A stretch of 64,000 bases of DNA, taken from the NCBI GenBank assembly GCA_963840935.1, contig CAWJAS010000001.1, positions 706,790-770,789 of the forward strand, read 5' to 3'. Under the pieces are notes generated by a model. The model had not been told where the DNA came from and ran no database searches. It saw nothing but the letters and a program-made list of their open reading frames with translations. The stretch's first letter is position 1; every line of letters starts with the position of its first letter. Source of the DNA: Candidatus Magasanikiibacteriota bacterium. Its GTDB lineage: Bacteria; Patescibacteriota; Patescibacteriia; Magasanikbacterales; GWA2-37-8. The translations under genes were made by a program, and so were the position numbers. Positions 1 through 10,410 of this stretch are shown in pieces.

Positions 1-3000
1 GGTCGCTTTTTCTGTCGTGCCTTCATACAATAAGAATGAAGTGGAAGAAGAAGAACCAACTTGAGTGAAGTTCAATGTAGTAATATACACGTCTTCATTG
101 ACATCGGCTGTAACAGTGAATTTAATCACTTCTTCTTGAGTGCTCTGGCTACCAACAGTGCCGAGAGAAATTCCGGCGAAGACCGGTCTGGTCTTGCGGA
201 TTTGCATCTGTTCACCAACGATACCGCTTGTGGAAAGGTTCTTTGTTTCCTCAGAACCGGCTGAACCCTTGTATTTCAAGGATGTCAGTTCCGCGCGGAA
301 TGTGCTGGAGCTCTGGGCTGCTTCTGAAATCGGATTCAAGACGACTTTGACGATGACGGTTTCGTTTCCATTGGCCGGGACAATCAACGTGTTAGTGTCG
401 ATCTTCACGGTTGTGGAACCGCTCATCAAGAAATCTGTACCGATTAAAGTAGTACCCTTGTAGAGTTTAACAGCGGAGATTCTGGCGTCTGATGCCAAAG
501 TTGAAGAATTCACAATGGTCATTTCCGTAATATTGGAAAGATCATATTGAGAAGTCAAACGGAATTCAGCAACATTGTATTCAACACCGGTCTTGGCAAG
601 AATAATGCCGGAGTCCGGAGTATCAGAACCAGCTGCCACAGATAACACACCGCTTGCAATCACCGTATTGGTGACAGTGGCGGATGTAATACCTGTCAAA
701 CCGGATGTTTTACCCAAGCTATCCTGACCGTTGAAGGTCAACACAGTCTTCAAGGTGCCGGTTGAGGCAGTATCAAATGAAGCCCTAATTTCAAATGATT
801 TGATTACATCTTTCGGGATAACTACGCTCAAGCCACTGAATGTGGCACCGCTCGCGCCAAAATCGCGGGTGGTTCCAACTTGTGTTCCGTCAACATAAAT
901 CTTAGCATCATAAACGGAAGTATCAGCAACTTGTGAGCCGGCAGCGCTGTTAGCGCCGGCAGCGATTGAAGTAATGGTAACCTGATCACCAAGCGCTTTC
1001 ACATTGAATTTGCCCAAAACAACCTCAGTGGTGCCTTGAACAACATTGCGCGGGTCAGTATAACCATCATTGCGAGCGATAGATAAACCGGCACCCTGGA
1101 TTGACACGATTGCACCAATCGGACTGCCGTTAATTTCGCTGGCTTCAACGCTATTGCCGGAAGAAACGTATTCCGGGTTTTCGCCATCAAGGAAGCTGGT
1201 GCCTACGACTTTGAACTTAACGTTCGCGCCGGAGACAACATCGCTTGTTGATTTGGCATCAATGGTAACTTTCAACTCATTGTCGCCTTGGTTAAAGGTG
1301 ACTGAAGTTTCAAGTTCATAAGTGCCGGCGTTGGTATCCGCATCCGGATCAAATGAACCGAGCAAATAACCATTTAAGTACACTTTGGCATTCTGGAAGG
1401 ATGAGGTTACGCTTGAACCTTCCCAACCGATTCGAATACCATCGGCAGTAATCTTTTCATCGGCGCGAATGTTCGCGAGCAATGAAACGGTGCCGGATGT
1501 ACCCTTGATAACTTCGGCGTCAGCCGGTTGTGTGGTTTTCTTGGTAATTGAAATTGCGCCGGCTTCGATGTTAACATCTCCGGTGCCACCAAGATTGGTG
1601 ATAGCGGCGCCAAAACCGGTTGATTTTTCAATAATTGAAATGTCATCGGTCTTATTGACAATATAGCGCAAGCTCGGGAAAGAAGTATTTTCTTTTGCCA
1701 TGATATCGCCTTTTACTATAAAGTCAGCGCTGTCGCCTTTTTCAATTTCCAAACCACCGCCATTCAAAGTGAAAGTGATATATCTGCCATCAACCACGCC
1801 GTAAGAAGAAACTTTGGTTCCGGCTTTCTCCAAATATACATTGGACAAAATCTTCACCATGTCTTCTGTACCGTTATTGCGTAACATGATTGATTTAAAG
1901 ATTACATCTTTTGATGAAGTGGCTGTTTGAGTCACTGTAAATCGGCCCAATTCAGCTTCGGTATCTCCAACCTTCGGAGATGTGGTAGCTGTATTGATCA
2001 AAACTGAAGCTGTCGCCACATTGTAATCGGCGAAAGACATCAAGTTGCCCATAACCGGGAAAGAACCGGCTACAGTTGTACCACCTGTGGAAACCGCGGT
2101 AGCGGCAGCAATGCCCAAAGCGGCATTACCGGCACCATCATTCAATGAGGCAACGATTTCTAAAGTGACTGAAGTTCCGGCCGGGATGTTCAAAACAGGA
2201 GAGAAAGTCAAGTTGACTTCATCTGAGCTGTTCATGCTGGATTGAGAAGAGACGCGAGCGCCATCTTTTTCCATCCAAACCTTGCCGGAAGTACCAGCGA
2301 ACACAGTGTAAAGACTCAAACCTGTTCTTTTAACAGTGATAGCATCGACATTAATCGCGCTGTCTGTACCGGCTGTCAAAACAACCTGGGTAAACGGAAC
2401 GCGAGTACCATTCTTCGGCACGCTCATGGCGGCCGGAGTTGTCGCGGCTAAAGCGACTGTTAAAGTACCTTGTGCTGTCGGGGTTGTGGTAATACCACCG
2501 CTCTGTGTTTTGTCAGTAATTGACGGAACTGCGGAAGTAATAGCATCACCAGTGGTAAATCCCGCGATGGCGGAAGCAGGCACGGCGCGAACAAATTTCT
2601 CTTGGAAACCGTTGGCGGTAAAGCCGGTAGCGGTAACTTCGCGAAGTTTGCTGTCTTGGTCAAGTAACCAAGTGGTGCTTTCACCAACAACCTGGAAGAG
2701 GAAGCCCGGGTGGACTTTAACTTCGGTAATCGGGGTGCCATTATTCACGTAATGTGGCCAGAAAACATCTGACACAGTCATTACTTTTGTGCCAACACCA
2801 TCGGCATAGACGGAAGTACCATAAAGAATGTTAGCTACTTCCGCTGTGATTGTGGCTTTGGTGTTGTTCGGTTCAACAACATAAAGCTGGTCCGAAGACG
2901 GTCGCTTAATGAGGTATGAACCCGGGTGATAGCTCACCGCGCCAGGATAATTTGACGGCACTGAAAGTGAATCAAAACATTCCTGGGTGATGGAGATGTA

Positions 3001-3243
3001 ACCACCATAGGTCGGTCTCCATGATTTGAACTCATCACCGGAAGGGAAATACAAAACTTTGAGGTCGCTGCGGATCGCGTAGATCGCGGCCTTGCCAGTA
3101 ACTTTAATCATATCGCCGGCAGCCAAGGTCGGACAAACCGCGCCTTGAGCCACTGTCGGGATTAAAGCGGCAACACCCACTGACCATAAAATGGTAGCGG
3201 CAACAACGCCATAGCTGAAAGTTCTTTTGATAACGTTGTACAT
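1..3243 (-). CDS. Large secreted S-layer-like/cell-surface protein (>1080 aa, runs off the left edge; absent from the ORF track)
   Basis: Manual translation from ATG at 3243: MYNVIKRTFSYGVVAATILWSVGVAALIPTVAQG (signal peptide), then GDMIKVTGKAAIYAI..LYFPSGDEFKSW and Thr/Ser/Val-rich beta-sandwich-like sequence. The + strand ORFs here are shadows. Confidence 0.8.
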   Translation of the reverse strand, partial: MYNVIKRTFSYGVVAATILWSVGVAALIPTVAQGAVCPTLAAGDMIKVTGKAAIYAIRSDLKVLYFPSGDEFKSWRPTYGGYISITQECFDSLSVPSNYPGAVSYHPGSYLIKRPSSDQLYVVEPNNTKATITAEVANILYGTSVYADGVGTKVMTVSDVFWPHYVNNGTPITEVKVHPGFLFQVVGESTTWLLDQDSKLREVTATGFTANGFQEKFVRAVPASAIAGFTTGDAITSAVPSITDKTQSGGITTTPTAQGTLTVALAATTPAAMSVPKNGTRVPFTQVVLTAGTDSAINVDAITVKRTGLSLYTVFAGTSGKVWMEKDGARVSSQSSMNSSDEVNLTFSPVLNIPAGTSVTLEIVASLNDGAGNAALGIAAATAVSTGGTTVAGSFPVMGNLMSFADYNVATASVLINTATTSPKVGDTEAELGRFTVTQTATSSKDVIFKSIMLRNNGTEDMVKILSNVYLEKAGTKVSSYGVVDGRYITFTLNGGGLEIEKGDSADFIVKGDIMAKENTSFPSLRYIVNKTDDISIIEKSTGFGAAITNLGGTGDVNIEAGAISITKKTTQPADAEVIKGTSGTVSLLANIRADEKITADGIRIGWEGSSVTSSFQNAKVYLNGYLLGSFDPDADTNAGTYELETSVTFNQGDNELKVTIDAKSTSDVVSGANVKFKVVGTSFLDGENPEYVSSGNSVEASEINGSPIGAIVSIQGAGLSIARNDGYTDPRNVVQGTTEVVLGKFNVKALGDQVTITSIAAGANSAAGSQVADTSVYDAKIYVDGTQVGTTRDFGASGATFSGLSVVIPKDVIKSFEIRASFDTASTGTLKTVLTFNGQDSLGKTSGLTGITSATVTNTVIASGVLSVAAGSDTPDSGIILAKTGVEYNVAEFRLTSQYDLSNITEMTIVNSSTLASDARISAVKLYKGTTLIGTDFLMSGSTTVKIDTNTLIVPANGNETVIVKVVLNPISEAAQSSSTFRAELTSLKYKGSAGSEETKNLSTSGIVGEQMQIRKTRPVFAGISLGTVGSQSTQEEVIKFTVTADVNEDVYITTLNFTQVGSSSSTSFLLYEGTTEKAT

Positions 3244-3464
3244 AAATAAAAATATATATTACTCCCATATTGTTGCGCGTTCCGATAAATCGGAAAGTCA
3301 AAAGATGGGAATTTTCGCGAAAACTTTCGTTCTCGCTTCACAATAAGTCTATGCGAGGACCATATGGCCCCTCGACCTTTGCAAAGACCGAATAAACAAA
3401 ATATTCTCTCTCTGTTTTGCGCGCAAATTTAATTGCAGGCAAAACAGAAAACAATATTTGAATT

Positions 3465-4824
3465 TTATCTGGAACTGGTCGCCGTGGTACCGGTGGCCGT
3501 ACCGGCAGTTGCGCCGGTTGCTTTTTTATTATCATCAACAGTGGTCACAATAACCAATACCGATAATTTTTCAGATCCAGCGGTTTCAGTGGCGACGGTG
3601 GTGGTGGCTGTTACCAAAACCGTTGAACTGGCAGATGATTGCGCGACTATGGCTGTCGCCTCTCTCAATTGATTTCTGGCCGTGGAAACAACGGAATTTG
3701 ATAAAATAGTTTGCGCCGCGCCAATGGCGTCATCCTGCAATTTATTTATTTCTTTGGATTTTTCTGAAACATATTTTATTAAATCCATCACCCCGGTCAA
3801 ATCATCGTTTTCGATTTTTTCTTTTATTTCCAAAAGTTTTTTATCAAATAATTCAACCGCTTCATTTGTTTTAGCCAATATCTGTTCGATATTTAATTTT
3901 GCCTGAGCGACTATTTCTGATGTTGACGCGTTAGATTTTATTTGTTCTGAGGCCGCTTCAACGGAAACACTAACCACGGTTGCCACACTTTCCACGTTTT
4001 GTTTGGTTTTGGCAACTTCATCAATTGAATTTTTAATAATTTGGTCAATGGCGGAGAGAACTTCGTTTTTATGAACCTTGCCAATTAAATAATTTGAAAC
4101 CAAAACTTCCATCGCTTTTATTGATGTGTCTTTGGAAAGTTCCGTGGCCTCGATAATTTTGTTGGAAATTATTTTTATTTCTTCCGAATTCCGAGGCGTT
4201 TAGTTCGTCTTTTACTTCTTTGAGAAGATTGCTTATTTGTTCGGTATTTTTTTGGACTTCTTTTGCCATTTCCGCTGTGCCATCGGTTTGAGCAGTAATT
4301 AATTTATCCAGCTTATCATTGGCTGAATTTATTTCTTCGGTTAAATCCGCCACTACTGAAGCCACTCTTTTTTGAACCTCCGGGTCGGTGCTCTTTATAA
4401 CTGTTTTGATTTCATCGGCACGACGCTTGGCAAATTCGCTGTGCAATCTGGCTTCTGTCTTTTTTGCTCCGATTATGGCGGCGGTGACCAATTGGGTTTT
4501 TTCTACCACTCGTTTGGCAGGATATAACCAATCACCCGGAAGCGAACGATATGAAGCATCCACTGTGGCAATCCAACCGCTGGTTCCAACCATAGCGACA
4601 ACCAGTAAAACCGCGACCGGACGAACCACGCCAAAAACAAATCTTTTTGGTAAAAAAATTGACATGCCGAGCCAAACATTGTTCCAAGCATTCGGTTTTT
4701 CACTTTTTACGGTATTGGAAATTTGGGATACCAAACGCGCCCGATCGGCCTTGAGCCACTCGGGTCTTGGAGTCACTTCGGACTGCTTAAGATTTTTCAG
4801 TTGTTTGATTATTTCCCGCGACAT
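3465..4824 (-). CDS. DUF5667-type single-pass membrane protein, possible anti-sigma factor; split by one frameshift near 4190
   Basis: TM helix followed by SLPGDWLYPAKRVVEK..RRADE. Removing one base near 4190 joins ORFs 4069-4824 and 3465-4112 (..NASDSEEIKIISNKIIEATELSKDTSIKAMEVLV..). Confidence 0.65.
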
Positions 4825-5380
4825 AATTATTTTGCGTAATTATTTTTAAGCGCTTCATCGCCCGGTGCAGAGTAACTCTGACCGCCACTTTGCCTTTGCC
4901 GACTATTTCGGCAATCTCATCAATGGTCAATTCATCAATATATTTTAAAGTAAGAATTTCTTGGTATTCCTGTTTTAATTTTTTGATTTGCGCGATTATT
5001 TTTTTTGCTTCTTCTGAAGCATGCAGTTTTTCAATTGCCATTCCGCTATCGCTCGGGTCGGACGCCTCGTCCAATTCAGAAAATAAAAGTGGACTCACTC
5101 GGACTGATTTGGCTCGATACATATCAATGATACAATTTCGCGCCACTCGATAAAGCAAGCCGCTAAAACTTTTTAATTCTTTACCTTCAGCCAAGTGATT
5201 CCAAACCTTCAAAAAAACTTCCGACGTAATATCTTCCGCTTCTTCATGTCCGGATACTTTAAAAAAAACGAACCGATAAATTCGTTGTACGTATAAATCA
5301 TAAAGCTCAGCGAAAGCTTCCGGATCCTGTTTTGACTGTAACCTATATAACAGTATTTTTTCCGATATTTTGCCTTTCAT
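4787..5380 (-). CDS. ECF (sigma-70 group 4) RNA polymerase sigma factor
   Basis: Region 2 AFAELYDLY..AEDITSEVFLKVW..LYRVARN; region 4 EIAEIVGK..VRVTLHRAMKRL. Confidence 0.9.
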   Translation of the reverse strand: MKGKISEKILLYRLQSKQDPEAFAELYDLYVQRIYRFVFFKVSGHEEAEDITSEVFLKVWNHLAEGKELKSFSGLLYRVARNCIIDMYRAKSVRVSPLLFSELDEASDPSDSGMAIEKLHASEEAKKIIAQIKKLKQEYQEILTLKYIDELTIDEIAEIVGKGKVAVRVTLHRAMKRLKIITQNNYVAGNNQTTEKS

Positions 5381-5645
5381 TTTAGAAGACGAAATAAATA
5401 GAAAAATGTTACACTTTTATAAATTTGGATATGTATACAAATCCTGTTCAACCGCTCTCTAACAAAAACGACCGGATTCAACCAGTCAGTATCATTAATG
5501 CATATAATGATAGCAACTGCGAGATTGCTTGTCAAATAATTACACATTGTAAATTTTTGACCAGTCACTCGCGAGCGACTGGTTTTAATTTATGAATGAT
5601 ATATTTAATTATTAACTAGTTAAATATTTTTATAGTTAACGAATA

Positions 5646-5853
5646 TTTGTATACACAAGTGTATACAAATAGTGAAATTCTCGAATTTGCTAAAATTAGC
5701 CAAATCTTATTTTTTTTGTATACACAAGTGTATACAAAAAATTATCGAATATACATATATAGCATTAAAAAGAGAAGCAGAAAAAAGCGACTGCTCAAGT
5801 ATTGACAAGAGGAAGGCAAAATGATAGAGTTTGTATACACAAGTGTATACAAA
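5646..5853. promoter_or_regulatory. Three identical 24-bp palindromic operator-like sites plus a sigma70 promoter
   Basis: TTTGTATACAC-AA-GTGTATACAAA at 5646-5669, 5715-5738 and 5830-5853. TTGACA (5802-5807), 17 bp, then TAGAGT (5825-5830) with an extended-10 TG. Confidence 0.8.
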
Positions 5854-5856
5854 CTT

Positions 5857-6180
5857 ATGCCTGTTGACCCAAAAAATCAAAAAAACGAAGGCAATTCAAA
5901 AGAGATAATCAGGTTATCGGTTTCTGAAGCCGCTAAATTATTTGGCGTCAATTCGCAAACAATCAGAAGGGCCATACAGGCGCAAGAAATCACATACGCT
6001 GTTGTGGCCGGAAGATACAAAATCAATTTTGAAAGTTTGGTAAAATGGTCGCAAAGGCACACCACAATCAAAAATAAAATGGCACAACGCGGAATCGGGC
6101 AATATGTGGAAAGGTGGAAAATCAAAAATCCGATGTATTCGCCAAATCCCAAATCAGTCAAAAAATCACCAAACAAATAA
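5857..6180 (+). CDS. Excisionase/HTH_17-like DNA-binding protein
   Basis: RLSVSEAAKLFGVNSQTIRRAI..GRYKI. ATG 5857 is preferred over 5821 because 5821 lies inside the promoter. Confidence 0.8.
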   Translation: MPVDPKNQKNEGNSKEIIRLSVSEAAKLFGVNSQTIRRAIQAQEITYAVVAGRYKINFESLVKWSQRHTTIKNKMAQRGIGQYVERWKIKNPMYSPNPKSVKKSPNK

Positions 6181-6185
6181 TAATC

Positions 6186-6210
6186 GACTCCCCCTTTCGG
6201 GGAGTTTTTT
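6186..6210 (+). terminator. Rho-independent terminator
   Basis: ACTCCCC-ctttc-GGGGAGT followed by a T run. Confidence 0.75.
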
Positions 6211-6252
6211 GTTGACCACAAGCCCTTGTTTGGAATATAATACAGATACAAT

Positions 6253-8002
6253 ATGCACAAAAAAATATATAAAGCGCTTCATAGGCACTACAAAAACAAA
6301 TATGAAGGCATATACAAAAATGCTAAAAAACTTTTTGTATTTGATTTAATTTTACTTGCCGGTTCTTTGATTCTTCTTGGCGCTTCTTTGTTCTTCTTTT
6401 TTTGGAAACCAACCATTGTGGACTTGGTTGATGTTAATTTTAGCGTACACGCGGAAAGAATCATGGCCGGAGACGAAATTAACATTTCAATTGATTACAA
6501 AAATAGAAGCAAACATAAATTGGAAGATGTTATTTTGGCCGTTCACTTACCAGCCGGCTTTTTAATTGACAGGCAAAAAACACCGGTCGAAATCTTTTCA
6601 TTGAATTCAACAGCCGACATCGGCTCGCTTGAAGCCGGAGCAACAGGTAAAATTGTTATTTATGGAAGATATTTTGCCGCTCCTTTAACAGACGAAAAAA
6701 TAACCGCCTATTTTTCGTATAGGCCGGAAGACAAAAAAAATAAGGAACAAAAAATTGCCGGCGCATATATAAAAACAGTCGGATCAAACCTGGCGATTGA
6801 AATAGGCTCACCAACTTCTTCTTTACCAGGATATAATGTGCCATTCACAATCACCCTCCAAAATAATGGGCTTTTACCCATGGAAAATATTAATGTCAAC
6901 GCGAATAATTTGGAGATTGTTTTTAATAAGCCCGAAATCAGCGAAAAATATTTCTATCGGCCCAAAGGAGCAGATAAAACTTTCCGGCACATTACGTGCG
7001 CCATCGACTGCTGGCGACTATTTGTTTTCTATTTTTGCCACCGCCATAATAAACAATACGCCGATTGTTATTGCGGAATTGCAAAAACAAATTCAATCAA
7101 TTTATCCAAAAATTAATAGCGGAATTAATCTTCAATTTGATAAACCTTATGCCGACGGTTCTGATACTATTCCCTTGCGAGTATATTGGAACAATTCCGG
7201 GGACCGCGAAGTGGCCGAACCTCGACTGCGGTTTGTGTTTACGCCGGGTGTGGTTGATTTAAGCGCAACGGCCAGAGAAAACAAATTAACAATTTCGGGA
7301 AACGAACTTATCGCCGATAAAAAAACCAGAACGTCTTTTTTTGACGGTTCACCCGGCGCTTCGGATGAATTTGTTATTAATCTAAAATTACTTCCATTTT
7401 TCAAAACCGACGGTCAAAAAACATTAGAGATAAAAGTAGTCGCCGAAGCGGTATTACCGGAAAATGTCGAACAAAAAATTACAACGGAAAGCTCGGAAAA
7501 AATATCAATTAATCTTGCCACGCAAATTAATTGGCATATTAAACCGGTCTATTACACGGACGAAGGCGATCAACTTGGCCGTGGCCCCCTGCCTCCGGTC
7601 GTCGGTGAAGAAACAAAATATTGGGTGTTTGTCGAAATAAATAACGGCCTTAATCCAATAGAAAATAATTATTTTAAGGCGGAACTTGGCGATGGAATAA
7701 AATTTACCGGCAAAGAAAGTGTTACAATTGGCTCCAAATTTACTTATAATAACGACAGCAATTCAGTATCATGGAGCCACCCATCTGTTCCGGCAAACAG
7801 TTCCGTTGGGTTATATTTTGAAGTAGTGGTAACACCAAACGCGTCGCAAGCGGGTAAAAATATAATATTAATAAAAAACGCGGAATATCGCGCCAAGGAC
7901 AGCGCTGTCAATAAGGAAATAAACCTAAAATACGGCCAAATCAACAACACACTCTCCAAAAGCGACCGCGGTTCTGAATACAAATCTCAAGTTCTGCCGT
8001 AA
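6253..8002 (+). CDS. Membrane-anchored extracellular Ig-like/DUF11-like protein; frameshift near 6940
   Basis: N-terminal TM helix; ORFs 6253-7116 and 6836-8002 join by removing one A near 6937; C-terminal YYTDEGDQLGRGPLPPVVGEETKYWV. Confidence 0.6.
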
Positions 8003-8013
8003 TCTCGCCTATC

Positions 8014-8043
8014 AAAAAAACCCCGGTTTCAACCGGGGTTTTT
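8014..8043. terminator. Bidirectional terminator between convergent genes
   Basis: A run, CCCCGGTT-tc-AACCGGGG, T run. Confidence 0.8.
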
Positions 8044-8060
8044 ATTTATTAATTTTTAAT

Positions 8061-9233
8061 TTAGAAAAACTTTAATACCGAATAAATTGTCGCGACAATA
8101 AAAAATAAAATAACAGGTATGGCGACTAACCAAAAACTTTTTAAACCATACCTTCGGCCATCCAAATCCCCTTTTTTGCGCGCTTGATAACAAATCATCA
8201 CAACCATTAACGATTCAATGCCAATAAATAATCCGCCAACAAAATCAAGTACCGCCACAAAACTTCTGAATCCGAACAAAAATAATAGAATCGGAACTGT
8301 AACAACGGCAAAATCGGCAATATGCCTGCTTATTTTGTGGTCCCACATCAAAGATTGCTTCAAGGCTAACCCCATACCCATAAAACAAGTCGCCATGGCC
8401 ATCACAGCAAAGGAATTGGCAATTATCGCGAATGGACGGCCAAAAGCGTTGCCAAGCCCGATTGTGGCCACTTCGGTGGTGTTCAAGCCAAAATAGCCGA
8501 CCACAGCTAAAGAAAATAACACATAGACGGCTGTTGGTATCAAAGCGCCAATAATAATCGCTTTTTTAAATCGTTTCTCCGAACCCGGCAAAACAGCATG
8601 CGCTTCAGCTATTGATGGCGTGGCGTGTAAGGCGAACAAAATTACGCCGAATGGTAAAAAGAAATTACCAACCTCAATAAAATCAAAATTTATCGGTTTG
8701 ATATGAGGCAATAAAAACAAAGAAAGCCCAACAATCAAAATAATGACCGATAAGCTCAAAACTCGATCGACTTTTTTTATGGAATCAAGCCCTTGCCAAA
8801 TAAAAAAACTGCCTAATGACCAAAAAAACACGCTCCACCACATTGGCGCTCCGCCAAAAATGGCCGATAGTGCGTGCCCTTCACCGATAATATACGCAAG
8901 TAACGAACCAAATCCGGCAAATACAATAACAAAACTAAGCAAAATTTTTGCAAACCGGCCAAGATATTTGCCAGCCAAACCGGGTAGTTGAAAACTCTGT
9001 TTGGTTCGCACCACAATATCCCCAAGCATTAAATTAAGAAGCAATATTACCAACCCCCAAATTACTATAAGCAACAAGCCAATTACAAGACCGGAGCGAG
9101 CGATAACATAAGGCAAACCTAGAACACCGGCACCAATGGTCATTCCGGTGATCATAAACACAGCTTCACTAGTGCTGGCCGGTTTTTTAAAAATACCCTT
9201 GTGAGAAACTATGGGCTGATCTATTTTCATCAT
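8061..9233 (-). CDS. Aromatic amino acid permease (TyrP/Mtr, HAAAP family)
   Basis: ITGMTIGAGVLGLPY motif and about 11 TM segments. Confidence 0.8.
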   Translation of the reverse strand: MMKIDQPIVSHKGIFKKPASTSEAVFMITGMTIGAGVLGLPYVIARSGLVIGLLLIVIWGLVILLLNLMLGDIVVRTKQSFQLPGLAGKYLGRFAKILLSFVIVFAGFGSLLAYIIGEGHALSAIFGGAPMWWSVFFWSLGSFFIWQGLDSIKKVDRVLSLSVIILIVGLSLFLLPHIKPINFDFIEVGNFFLPFGVILFALHATPSIAEAHAVLPGSEKRFKKAIIIGALIPTAVYVLFSLAVVGYFGLNTTEVATIGLGNAFGRPFAIIANSFAVMAMATCFMGMGLALKQSLMWDHKISRHIADFAVVTVPILLFLFGFRSFVAVLDFVGGLFIGIESLMVVMICYQARKKGDLDGRRYGLKSFWLVAIPVILFFIVATIYSVLKFF

Positions 9234-9412
9234 ATATTTATATGGACATATTATAGCATATTATTTGTATAAATCATTGTGTGTATGGCCATGCAATACT
9301 TTTGTTCTCGTGGCTACAACTATTTACCGCAATTATCAAAAAAAAAAGGCCCCCGGCGATATGTAATTATACCGCAAGGGGCAGAAAAAATGTGCTTTCA
9401 TCTGCTCTGGCC

Positions 9413-10285
9413 CTATTCCTGATGATACAGGGCAAACAGACGGTTCATGACCTCGCTAAAATCCATCAAAGGAAAAATATTGCGCGCATATTCTCGCATA
9501 ACCAGGAACTGTCTCGCAACCTTGGTCATGTGGTTTCTCTCCCTCTCGCTTCCCGGATCAAATTCAACATCCCAGCGCAGAGGAACAGCCCTGCCAATCA
9601 TTCCCCAACGGAAATTGCCATTGGCTTTCATGATTCTTAAGCAGGCGTGGAAATCCTCCATACCGGCCAGCGGAACCTCGCCAAATTCCTCGGTTCTAAC
9701 GGTCCTGCCGATGCCATTGCATTCCGGGGCGAAGCCACCCACGCCAAGAAGGACTTCTGAATTCCAAATGGCAGCGGTGTTTTGGACGACGTTCCATTGC
9801 GGTCTTTCCCACCAGCGTTCACGGAGAAATCCGGCTACTGCCAGATTCCTACGCTCGATGAAATTGAGCGCCTGAGATATTCTTAATCCATCCACATCGA
9901 TTTCCGGCGACCACATCATAACATAATTACCGGGATAACGCTCCTCGGCGATACGAATGCCGTCGTTAAGGGCGTTTCCGCTACCGGGGTTTCTACCCCA
10001 ATTCTCGCAAGTCAGCGGGATGAGAGAACCGTCAGTGATTTCATTGGGGAATGTTTCCCTAAGTGCCGCTATGGTCGGCGTCACTCCGTCTTCCGCATTC
10101 TCAGCCATAGGACTTTTGGGGTCCCCATTGGTCACGACGACAACCGCCCGGACCACTTCGGAAAACCGCAAGATGTTTCTGAGCGGACGCGCCACCTTGT
10201 TGGCAAACAGAACCGGATCAAAACTCTTTCCTTGTCCACCTGTTCCGGCCTGAAAAGACCGGGTTATAACTGTTAACGCAGTCAT
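9413..10285 (-). CDS. Hypothetical protein, possibly GT-A glycosyltransferase-like fold
   Basis: 290-aa ORF with a GGAGG RBS; weak similarity pattern NPGSGNALNDGI..YVMMWSPEIDVD. Confidence 0.55.
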   Translation of the reverse strand: MTALTVITRSFQAGTGGQGKSFDPVLFANKVARPLRNILRFSEVVRAVVVVTNGDPKSPMAENAEDGVTPTIAALRETFPNEITDGSLIPLTCENWGRNPGSGNALNDGIRIAEERYPGNYVMMWSPEIDVDGLRISQALNFIERRNLAVAGFLRERWWERPQWNVVQNTAAIWNSEVLLGVGGFAPECNGIGRTVRTEEFGEVPLAGMEDFHACLRIMKANGNFRWGMIGRAVPLRWDVEFDPGSERERNHMTKVARQFLVMREYARNIFPLMDFSEVMNRLFALYHQE

Positions 10286-10410
10286 TCAACCTCCTTTTTC
10301 ATGATTTTTAAAGAACAGTTAAAGAAATAAAATTTTAACTAGCAAGATTAACACAAAAAAGGCCCTTTGTCAAGCCCGTGAGGTGAATATTGAGTGTTAA
10401 TTTTTATCGG

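Noticed and set aside
61-2752. Many short + strand ORFs
   Set aside because: They are antisense shadows of the long minus-strand surface-protein gene; the same applies to shadows of other long genes.
5646-5853. Mini CRISPR array
   Set aside because: There are only three repeats with unequal AT-rich gaps (45 and 91 bp), one gap contains a promoter, and no cas genes are present.
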